Part shown: piece by piece, positions 38,492 to 49,465 of the stretch
Layout: every line of letters starts with the position of its first letter
Numbering within the stretch: position 1 is the stretch's first letter
From: Atractiella rhizophila
Taxonomy: Eukaryota
NCBI GenBank assembly: GCA_021432655.1
Contig: MU271382.1
Coordinates: 1 to 64,000, forward strand
Length of the DNA: 64,000 nucleotides
Reading direction: 5' to 3'
Made by a program: the position numbers and the translations under genes
The notes under the pieces: model-generated
What the model was told of the DNA's origin: nothing
The model's database searches: none
Seen by the model: the letters and a program-made list of their open reading frames with translations, nothing else

Positions 38492-38735
38492 TCATTAGGC
38501 TCACTATATATTGACTTGAAGTACATGCTCGTGTCGTAAAAATGTGTCGTAAAAATTAAATTTTTTCAGTCTCATTAATGATCAGTACCTAACCGGGACC
38601 CATCAGATCATGCGTAGTCCATCATTCAGTCATCAGGCTTAACCATTCCTCTATAGGTAGTGATCAGTACCCGTTCCCGTCCCCTCAGACGGGGCCGTCA
38701 GGAAATGATCAGTTATTAAAGATTTTCATGATGGG

Positions 38736-38896
38736 AAGGAAAGGTTCGCTTTTCCCTATTCTTCTTATACTTACGTTACGCACTGAGGAGCTGATTTCGG
38801 ATTGATATGATAACAGATCTTCCTAGAACTTGAACGAGCTCGTCTCACTCGCCGACTCTTTGCGATGCTCGAAGCAAAGGGAGGGGTGGCAGAAGC
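38736..38896 (+). pseudogene. RPN5: RPN5 5' fragment part 2
   Basis: (E)GK|intron|IFLELERARLTRRLFAMLEAKGGVAEA, then abrupt truncation. Confidence 0.85.
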
Positions 38897-41800
38897 GTAA
38901 CGGATCATCCAAGAAATCGCAATTGAGACTTTCGGCGCCGTTGGCAGGAGAGAGAAGACGGCCTTCATCTTGGGGCAGATTAGATTCTGGAAGCTCCGTT
39001 GCTAACAGGCTTCTCCGAAACCGTGGCACCCCAAGGCATCTCCATCGACTTCCAATGAGCCATAGCGTAGCCATGACCAGGAGAAGCAACGAGTACTTAG
39101 GAGAACTATACAAGTTGATTGGAGAAGAAGGTTTGACGCAGGTTGCCTGCATGATAAATAGGATCCACTATCCAGGTGTGTCCTCTCTTGCTCAAGTTTA
39201 ACCGGCCGGTTCCATCCTAAACTACGTGGGGGGCAGCGCTGAACTTTCTCATTTCACAAATCTCTTCCAACATCTCGATACCTTAACACTGCACCCATCC
39301 ATCATCCACCCGTCTCCCCGTTCGCTTCCTCTTCCACCTCTTTCTCCACAAAGAGCTTCGTTCGAATGGTTCACCCCTACCGAGAAGATTGTCCGCACAC
39401 TGGCCATGTTGTTCTCCACCTCAACTTTGTCGTTCTTGAATCTCGATTCGACTTTGATAGACTCTGAAGCTTAGCCACTAGGTCAGATGGAAACAGCACA
39501 GGGAGCAGGATGATTGTCAGAGTATTGTGATAAGTCAGTATCCCCTCTTTCTAAGCCTTATCTCACAATGAGCATGACCTCTTCGAATTCTAGCCGGATA
39601 TCCTCATGCAGTGGCGGACTGGGGGGAAACGGAGCAAGCTTGCTATGGAGATAAGACAAGTGAGTGTGGCCACAGTCAAAAGCGCTCAATTGCTGAGGGT
39701 TATTCGGTTCCTGAGGTGTCGGTAAGAGAAGTTGCGGAGGGACAGGAACCCAGGGAGTTGACAAGTCGGTTTCGGTCGAACAGGAGGGCGGATGAAGAGA
39801 GAGGATGGAGAGAATCATGCCAAAAAGATCGGACACTGCTTAAAAGGAGAATGAGTTAGAAGGAGAAAGCACACAACGGTGGTAGAAGCGAGAGGAGATA
39901 CCTGTCATGTGGGATGTGGGACAAACTCCAGCTAGAATCCATGCTGTGCAGAGTATGATTGAAAGACTGTTTGAAGCGATTAGTCCTGAACGAGTGCGAG
40001 TGAGAACAGACATGGATGTTCATAAGCTCATCGCAAATCGATAATTGCATCCCGTTGTTTCGAAATCTCAACGTACGAGACTCCTGCCGATGCTCGCTAG
40101 AGGTTGATATCGGGAATGGCTAATGGAAGGGAGAGCAAGTGGGCCATGGCAAAGCGGAGTCGGGACTACAAACGAGCGAGTTATATTAACGCCTGAACAA
40201 AAGAAAGAACTTAGCTTACCGTTGAGGTTTATCTCTGTGATCCATCTCTCGGCACCAGGCGGCCGTCGACATGTCGTAGCCCTCAACAAGTTCCGAGACG
40301 GGAGAGAACTTGCCCAATAGACCAGCACTTCGTCCATCCACATCCACACCTCGGAAGATTCTGCTCCTGCGGAAAGGGAGTGGGAGAGGTGGAGAGGCAT
40401 CGTTGTGAAGCCACGAAAGACAGGCGGTGGCAAGATGATAGATGGCGAGGGGAAAGTGAAAGTCATGGCGGAGACGATTGAGAGCATGAGAGCTACCGAA
40501 CACAAGAAATCTTCAGCAGAGAGAAAAAAACCGGAGGAAGACCATACCAGATAAAGATCCCAATCCTGTACACCTCCAGATACTGTACCAAAGCAGAAGG
40601 AAATTCTCTGTCTTTTACAAAACTGTTGCAATAGCTCTCAGTCCACAGAAATGAGGATCTTCTTCTGCTTAGGCACAGTGCTGGAGGACGGAGTCATCGT
40701 TATGGGCGGAAGTTAATTCAAGAACGCCGTCCATCGTCAAAAAGGGCTGCTCGTCGTGGTAGGCTGTGGTAGGTATAGGCATAGGCAGATGAGGAAGATA
40801 CCTGTGCCCCTCTCCTGCACAGCGACAGCGCTGCAATCAGACAAAGTGAGAATGGAACTTCCTTGCACAGAGAAGTCTCCAAAGTGCAAACTTCGCATCT
40901 GTAAACGCCTGTCACCGCACAGATGCCCAGGCCACAATGCAGAAGCTACCCTTTTTAAGCGTAACGGATCATCCAAGAAATCGCAATTGAGACTTTCGGC
41001 GCCGTTGGCAGGAGAGAGAAGACGGCCTTCATCTTGGGGCAGATTAGATTCTGGAAGCTCCGTTGCTAACAGGCTTCTCCGAAACCGTGGCACCCCAAGG
41101 CATCTCCATCGACTTCCAATGAGCCATAGCGTAGCCATGACCAGGAGAAGCAACGAGTACTTAGGAGAACTATACAAGTTGATTGGAGAAGAAGGTTTGA
41201 CGCAGGTTGCCTGCATGATAAATAGGATCCACTATCCAGGTGTGTCCTCTCTTGCTCAAGTTTAACCGGCCGGTTCCATCCTAAACTACGTGGGGGGCAG
41301 CGCTGAACTTTCTCATTTCACAAATCTCTTCCAACATCTCGATACCTTAACACTGCACCCATCCATCATCCACCCGTCTCCCCGTTCGCTTCCTCTTCCA
41401 CCTCTTTCTCCACAAAGAGCTTCGTTCGAATGGTTCACCCCTACCGAGAAGATTGTCCGCACACTGGCCATGTTGTTCTCCACCTCAACTTTGTCGTTCT
41501 TGAATCTCGATTCGACTTTGATAGACTCTGAAGCTTAGCCACTAGGTCAGATGGAAACAGCACAGGGAGCAGGATGATTGTCAGAGTATTGTGATAAGTC
41601 AGTATCCCCTCTTTCTAAGCCTTATCTCACAATGAGCATGACCTCTTCGAATTCTAGCCGGATATCCTCATGCAGTGGCGGACTGGGGGGAAACGGAGCA
41701 AGCTTGCTATGGAGATAAGACAAGTGAGTGTGGCCACAGTCAAAAGCGCTCAATTGCTGAGGGTTATTCGGTTCCTGAGGTGTCGGTAAGAGAAGTTGCG

Positions 41801-43020
41801 GAGGGACAGGAACCCAGGGAGTTGACAAGTCGGTTTCGGTCGAACAGGAGGGCGGATGAAGAGAGAGGATGGAGAGAATCATGCCAAAAAGATCGGACAC
41901 TGCTTAAAAGGAGAATGAGTTAGAAGGAGAAAGCACACAACGGTGGTAGAAGCGAGAGGAGATACCTGTCATGTGGGATGTGGGACAAACTCCAGCTAGA
42001 ATCCATGCTGTGCAGAGTATGATTGAAAGACTGTTTGAAGCGATTAGTCCTGAACGAGTGCGAGTGAGAACAGACATGGATGTTCATAAGCTCATCGCAA
42101 ATCGATAATTGCATCCCGTTGTTTCGAAATCTCAACGTACGAGACTCCTGCCGATGCTCGCTAGAGGTTGATATCGGGAATGGCTAATGGAAGGGAGAGC
42201 AAGTGGGCCATGGCAAAGCGGAGTCGGGACTACAAACGAGCGAGTTATATTAACGCCTGAACAAAAGAAAGAACTTAGCTTACCGTTGAGGTTTATCTCT
42301 GTGATCCATCTCTCGGCACCAGGCGGCCGTCGACATGTCGTAGCCCTCAACAAGTTCCGAGACGGGAGAGAACTTGCCCAATAGACCAGCACTTCGTCCA
42401 TCCACATCCACACCTCGGAAGATTCTGCTCCTGCGGAAAGGGAGTGGGAGAGGTGGAGAGGCATCGTTGTGAAGCCACGAAAGACAGGCGGTGGCAAGAT
42501 GATAGATGGCGAGGGGAAAGTGAAAGTCATGGCGGAGACGATTGAGAGCATGAGAGCTACCGAACACAAGAAATCTTCAGCAGAGAGAAAAAAACCGGAG
42601 GAAGACCATACCAGATAAAGATCCCAATCCTGTACACCTCCAGATACTGTACCAAAGCAGAAGGAAATTCTCTGTCTTTTACAAAACTGTTGCAATAGCT
42701 CTCAGTCCACAGAAATGAGGATCTTCTTCTGCTTAGGCACAGTGCTGGAGGACGGAGTCATCGTTATGGGCGGAAGTTAATTCAAGAACGCCGTCCATCG
42801 TCAAAAAGGGCTGCTCGTCGTGGTAGGCTGTGGTAGGTATAGGCATAGGCAGATGAGGAAGATACCTGTGCCCCTCTCCTGCACAGCGACAGCGCTGCAA
42901 TCAGACAAAGTGAGAATGGAACTTCCTTGCACAGAGAAGTCTCCAAAGTGCAAACTTCGCATCTGTAAACGCCTGTCACCGCACAGATGCCCAGGCCACA
43001 ATGCAGAAGCTACCCTTTTT
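38893..43020. repeat. Tandem duplication of a 2,064-bp unit (38893-40956 and 40957-43020)
   Basis: Identical ORF translations offset by 2,064 bp; no nucleotide differences noticed by eye. Confidence 0.95.
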
Positions 43021-44878
43021 TGACTTCTCTGTCAAGTCAACAAGAAACACACCGGAGAATCACCTCGCCACCCTTCCACCTCAGATCATCAATCTTCTGC
43101 CCTTCTTTCGAATAGTTTGACTCAGGTACTTGACGGCGCTGAGGCTACGCTGGAGCTGGAGCTGTTGTTGAGTTGAGGACTTTGCGTCCGTCGTCTGCTG
43201 AGCAACTTGAGGAATGTTTGGCCACATTTGTCTCAGACTGTGCTGAAACTTAGAAAGTTTTCAAAATCGACGAACTCGACTCCTCCTCGACTCCCTCAAA
43301 CGGCATTATTCCGGTGTCATCATCCTCCTAAATCGATATCGACATCCCCCCATCTCGTTTCCACCCCATCGCAGGTTTTTGACGCGAAAAACACGTTTTT
43401 TTCTCGCCTTCAGCACTTTTTGGGAACCCTGCCTCGACGAACATTCGATGCCATTTCAACGTCAGGTCTCCTTTATGACAAATGAATGTGGATTCTTAGA
43501 TGGTTCTTATGTCTCCAGCTAAGTAGCCATGCGTCGGTTGATGGGAAGGTCTCGGAGTGAAGGAATTCGAAGGAATGTAGTGAACGCATACAAGGGGATG
43601 GGAAGGTGCTCTAGCCGCATCTTCACACTCTGTGAGTGTTTTAGAATATATAGTATGGTTTTGTGGGCGTGGAAATCGTTTTCGCGAACTTTGGTTTGGT
43701 TCGAAAGTGTAGCTGTTCCATGGAGGGGGGACTTGAAGCTTGAAGAAGAAGTGACGCGTTTTCTTTCAATTTCTATACGTTTTTGCCTTGCTTTAAACGT
43801 TTGACATACGCTGATAACACTCCTTATTCCTTAGATTCCTTCAAACACTCATTTTGCACTTTCGGCCCATCTCGGTTCGCCTTCTCACAGACAACTTCTA
43901 ACTCGTTTGTCTTACGTTTATGCAAGGAACCCTCATCCCAATCGAGCCGATAATACGTCAAGAGAGTAGTGGAGCAGCAGACTGGGTATTGGTGATGAGC
44001 AGTTGAGGGTTAGTACCTTCATTCTTGTGTCATGTCGTACCTTCATCGTCTTCTTCCTCTAACTCGGGTGTAGGCTTAATTTGTAGCAATCGAGATGTTC
44101 GAGCGAGTTTTGTACAAGGACTTGGAGGACGCGAAGCGCAAGAGGAAGCTCCGACGGCGATGCGCAAGAAACTGTACCAAGGTTTGGTCTCTTCATTTTC
44201 ATTGTGGTTCAATGTTGTCTTCTTCTAATTACTCGTTACTAGGTCATGCAGATCGTTATTGTGCCTTGGAAAGGAGTCGGAGTGGAAGCAGGATAGAGGC
44301 AGCAGACGGCGGACGAGGGGGCGCACGAACAGCGGAAAGGCGAAGGCGAAGGCGTCGTATTAGCAGATTGCTAAAGCAAACTCCGTTCGTGCTCTCTTGC
44401 TTGTCTTCCTTCGACTTACTTGCTTTGTTTGTGGCTAGGCTGATAGCCTGTGTCTAGAGGGAACCAGGGATTCACACAACATCGGGTTGCAATTATCATT
44501 TCTCTTTTTATAACAATATTTCTGCGAGAATATGTGAGCAAGAGCGGCGATTTTGAGAATACCGTGCCCGGTAATCAAATAAGGAGTCCCTGTGAGAATA
44601 TCGAACAGAAACTGGGTGAGATGGTAAAATAATTGGTTATTTACCTGTTGAAGTCCAGTCTGGACACAAGTAAATAACCAGTCTGGAGCACTGGAAACCG
44701 AGGTGCGGTCCTTTCATCCCCGCTCCACTCTCTCTGGTAATTTACCAGTCCTCCCTTTTGAATTACCTGGATTGCCACCTGGTATTCTTGCAACTTCACC
44801 AGAGTGGACTCTGGTAAAAAACCAGACCAGGTAATCCTTCAAAAAACCTGCCTGGACTTTCTACACGGCGGCCGAGAA

Positions 44879-46780
44879 CGACGTGTGAAATGTGGCGAAG
44901 AGAAGCCAGAGTGTGCGAATTGTCGTCGACTATTCCGCAATTGTGTCTACGGAAACAACCCGAAAGCTGCACCGCAAGATCAAGAGCAGCGATATGCTAA
45001 ATCGAATTCTCAACCAGCTGAGGGATCTCCTCAAGCACAACCCCAATATACCTCATTATTTCGAGCAATGCCACCCAGGGTTCATTCCAAACCGGCAGGG
45101 GTAGGGCAGTGCAGTCTTCCAATAGCCCAACCAGGTTGGCGTCTTTTGCCAATGCCTTCCACAGCAGACCAACCTCAACCCTCATCAGGACCCTATTTGT
45201 CATTAGATCAACACACGTCAGAACTTCACAAGCAAGCAAATCTATTCCCCCAACAACAACCGATCCAATTAGCGGCGCAAGACATGAGTCTCATCCAGCA
45301 CTTCCTGGATGTTCTTGCGCCTACGTCCAAAGCGATCGAACCCAAACAACCGAACTTTTGCTCGATTTGTTTGTAAAATCCCTCTTTTGTGAGCCTCTCT
45401 ATGATGGTGAGAATTTCAACACCTTACTGTCATAGCTGAACAATAGAATAGGCCTCTTGGCTTATTCTGCCCTCCATGTGAGCAGAAGAATAGATCGACC
45501 TGATCTCCTTACTACTGCCCATTCCAAACATCAAAGGTCCCTGATGCTTCTTGAGTGTTCTTGGGACATCTCTGTAGCCTTCCCCAACATCGAGCTGATC
45601 CTCCCTACCTTGGTTATTTATGCTCTATGGGAGGTCAGTCACGGGACGACTTCTCGAACAATGAACCTCGTCTTCAACATGGCACAATGTTGTTTTTCTC
45701 CGCCGCCTCACTAACCTTAAACAAATATATTACGTTTGGCTGAGCTCTCGCAAACGCATGAGCAGCAGAAACACAAGAACAGGTGTTTATATACATGAGA
45801 GCTTGTGGCAAATAGAAAGTTCCAGAATGTTCATGAACAAAGTATTACTAACATTTTACACATCTCCAACACACAACAAGCACTGACCTTTGCCAACCAG
45901 ACTTTTGCGAGTTTATCTTCTACCGGGAAATCCTGCGCCATCATCCTTGCTCGACTTTGCTTCACCTCGTCTTCTTTTGGAGCTCGGACGCCAACATTTG
46001 TGCACTGGCTTTTGCAATCCACGGCTGGACCTTCCGTTGGAAACCAGCCCTTTATGGACATTCCTTCTGTGCGTGTAGACTGGCTACAGTGAGCCTTTAT
46101 TTCTCTTCTGCCAACGCGGATACAAGGAATGTGGTGTAGGTTGTTTCAGTTTGCTGCGCAAGTGTCGATGCTAGATCGCGAGCTGCAGTCGTTTCTCACC
46201 TCCTTCTTTGCGGCAGAACAGTTTGACACAGCAATTCAAAGAGGCAGGGCGATTCTTCAACGCATGATTTCGCTCGAGGAGCAATTGGATGGTGGCAATG
46301 ATTTTCACGAGCTTTATGACATCGATAAAGTCCCGACCATCCTCATCACCTTTGCCCCCGACCTGCTCAACCTCATGTACAAATCCGTTTTTGTCAATTC
46401 TCTCATCATTTACCTGGGCCGAATTATCCATTGTCGACCCGAAAGTCATCACAGTGCAAAAATCGTAGCGACTGCAACGACAATCGCTCAATCTGGTGAA
46501 GACCCATCATACCATATCTTCCCTTGGTGTTTGCTTTTGGCAGGGTTGGAAGCTTCAAACCCACAGAATGTATGCCATCTATAACCGGGAATGTTACGCT
46601 AATATTGCAAGGTAAAAGTATTGCCGGATATCTGCATGTTTTGATCGCATGGCTTCTGCTGGTTGGATTTCAACGAAGCCAAAACTGCTTATGGAACAAA
46701 TCCGCGAGGACGAAGCGAAATCAGGACGAATTCAGCTGTCAGAAATAATTTTACAATCGGAGCACTTGGTTGTTTTGTGA
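44879..46780 (+). pseudogene. Zn2Cys6 transcription factor, 3' part (fungal TF domain)
   Basis: RRVKCGEEKPECANCRRLFRNCVY; later exons LAYSALHVS.., FPWCLLLAGLEA; stop at 46778-46780. Confidence 0.88.
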
Positions 46781-47314
46781 TTGTGGCATAGTCGAGATGA
46801 GATGGGCACTTTGGTCACGTGCAAATCCAGTTTCTTTGGCTTGAAGAGGTGATGCGTACGGGGCTCTGTTTCTTCTGTTGGATGGATGCACCTAAATGAG
46901 CGAAAGAAGGGAGGATCCCAAAGTAAAAGAACAAATAAGCTCAGTAGGCTAGGCTCTGTGAATCCATTCATCCGTCACGTCATCCGCCGTCTCCACGTAA
47001 GCTTCCTGGTCCGCCTTAACGGTCAACATCTCCAAACTCCCGAACTCAAGTACTCGCAAATCCACAGCCATGATCCTTGGCCAAACTCGCAGAACGCATG
47101 AACGCTCAAAAGTGCGACAACGACCACAACAACAATTCATGACGAAGGCCAAACAAGATGTCAGAGTGAGGCTACGAGGCGAGATATTAGAATACATTTT
47201 CTCATAACTAAATCTTAATAAACAACTGAAGGATGGATGTGAAATACGTAGCATAAAAGTAGGTGATCGAAAACCATTGAAATATGGACACAAATCGTAA
47301 CAGAAAGAGAAATC

Positions 47315-48048
47315 TCAGTCCTCATGTTGCTGCTGTTGACAATCTGAGCAATTGTGATTACGATGTTGGCACTGTGTCCCCTTTGCGGAGAGGTCTCGAC
47401 GCATGACGTCCCTTTCGTATCTGAGATTGTCCACAATGGTCTTGAGTTTGATATTTTCGCTCCTCAACTCCTCCACCTCTGGGTACCGAATCATTAGGAT
47501 CAAAGTCATAAAGAGTACTGAGCCGCTCACTGCCTGACAAGTTCTCAATCCACGCCTTTTTCTTCTTACGGGACTTAGCAGCGGATACTCGATTTTTGGC
47601 AAGGCGCTCTTCTCGAGTTTCGGTGTACTTGAGTGCGATTGTGCCCGATTTCTTCTTTTGCGAGCCTGAGCTTTTTTGCTGCTCCGCCACTAACATTATG
47701 AGAAAATAGCAAAGTGGAAAAAGAAAGGCAATCCACGTACGTCGCTATAGTCAGAAGCTGACTCTGATGCTGCCAATGTAGGCGACACAGGAGAGGAGGG
47801 GGATGACTCCATATTTGCGGTCGGAGTTGGAAAAGTGAACGCTTGAGTGGTGTCATACTCCGAGAAAGACGTGAATAAGTCTACGGCCAGGACAGACGTT
47901 TAATTGTTTGGTCTTTACTGACGAGAAGCGTTGACTTGCCTAGAAAAGGGTTGCCTGAGGCTTGGAAAGCGGAAGGTGGCAAGCTTCCGGAAAATACTGA
48001 GCGCTGTTGGTCGGCAGGCAAGAAAGGCTGTGGATTTTCGAACATCAT
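47315..48048 (-). CDS. bZIP transcription factor (spliced)
   Basis: REERLAKNRVSAAKSRKKKKAWIENL|intron|EVEELRSENIKLKTIVDNLRYERDVM; start codon tentative. Confidence 0.75.
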
Positions 48049-48135
48049 AACGCACTAATTCTGATCAGGTTGGGTCAAGTTTTCGAGACAGACAGCCAAA
48101 GCGAAGTACTGGGGCGAAGAGGGGAGAAGGGTTAA

Positions 48136-48640
48136 TAGAGGGTTTGCGAAACGAGCTCCTTCGACGACCCCTTAATATTTTCGGCTTGACTAGTGCCGAG
48201 TATATCGTGAGATGCCACGCGCGAGCTCTGAGTCAGAAAAATAAAACTATGGCAATGTCAGAAGTTGCAGGGGGTTGCGAAAGAAAATGCCTAAACCAGG
48301 ACTGAAACCATGAAACCATGGTGGAAGGTGTTGTTCACCATCTTTATGACAACAGAAACAACGTGAATTGAATTGCGGAAGGTTGCCGGGTTATGGAATT
48401 ATGCGGCATTAGGCTTGAATCCGCAAAAGTCCGTTTATAAGCCTTGGGTCTTAAGGAAGCCTCGATAAACGACCTTGCTTAACGATTTTGGCAGGGAAGC
48501 GCAGCACTTCCTGTCTCCAGAACTTTGGGCCCCGGCTCCGGGAAATAGCGTCGAGTTAATCTGAGATATTCCTTGTACGACTGCGCCGGCCAAAAATTAA
48601 GGGGAAAAATAAGCTGGAGGCTCGTTTCGCAAACCCTCTA
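48136..48640. mobile_element. MITE with perfect 21-bp TIR
   Basis: TAGAGGGTTTGCGAAACGAGC / GCTCGTTTCGCAAACCCTCTA; no 8-bp TSD, so the terminal TA may be the TSD. Confidence 0.8.
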
Positions 48641-49465
48641 ATGTGAGTGAAATTCCAAGCAACGCTTCGTGACTCTTGATGTCATATGACGATGACATCG
48701 TGACGTGAAAAATTAAATTGAGACGCAGACTCATTCAGGTCCATGATCTTCCATGTCCGACACGAGTTTGACGACACCAAGGTGACGGTGACGGTGCTGG
48801 AAGAGCCGAAGGAAGGCGAGAAGGAACATACAGGCTGTTGGAGGGCTATTGGAGGAGGATGGGATGGAAGAAGGGCAAGAAGAAGGAGACACTTGGAACT
48901 GAGCGCTCCTCCTCCTGCCATTGTCGTGGTGTGGTAGTGATGCGATGGGAGAAGGAAGGATGTTTTGAGCATCCATCATTCATGTTGTCGCCTCGCGGCG
49001 CTAGATACATTCAACACTTTCGAATGACCATAGTTTCTTTCCCTCTCCCTTTTACACAGAGTCGCATTGGACGGAGTTCAAGTGCCTCCCGTTGGGCTTG
49101 CCGCTGAGAGGCGTCAGCAAGTCACTGGCCGCTGCTGGCGGAAGAGGCGGACTTGCTACTATGTGGAGGAGGCACAACCTGTGCAATCCATCCAGGATAC
49201 ACATCAGTAAAATGGCCAATCCTCAGGGAGAGAAACACTCTCGCTTGGAGGTAAGCGTTTCTCTTTTCGACCCTCGGAGCTCAAGGAGCTGCAATAGTAA
49301 CCTCCAAGTTCCTCCTCTCCTGCAAAACAGCCTTCATTCCTTTTGGTGCATTAGCATAAGCTGTCCACTGAGCATGTTTCTCCTCCTTCACATCAACCCA
49401 CCAGCTGACAAATGTATTAGCCCTGCGAAGTGCGAGATAACAATGAGTATCAGTTGCATTTAGTA

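Larger units (their letters stand above)
29656..38733. mobile_element. Full-length Plavaka (CMC/CACTA-related) transposon, 9,078 bp
   Basis: TIR CATCGTAAAAAAGCTTTAATGACTGACCA vs CATCATGAAAATCTTTAATAACTGATCA (reverse complement); GG TSD (29654-29655, 38734-38735); TGATCAG subterminal repeats; removal restores RPN5 LRDVMEGK. Confidence 0.9.
28946..44870. mobile_element. 15,925-bp non-autonomous, cargo-carrying DNA element with 8-bp TSD (superfamily unresolved; KDZ/Zisupton-like candidate)
   Basis: TSD GCCGAGAA (28938-28945, 44871-44878); imperfect ungapped TIR TTCCCTGTGAACAGTCCAGGCCAGTTTT vs CGCCGTGTAGAAAGTCCAGGCAGGTTTT; CTGGT/ACCAG subterminal repeats at both ends; removal restores the Zn2Cys6 motif. 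Confidence 0.88.

Noticed and set aside
44804..45376. Stand-alone Zn2Cys6 ORF starting at 44804
   Set aside because: Its first 22 codons are transposon end sequence; the true first two cysteines lie at 28928-28939
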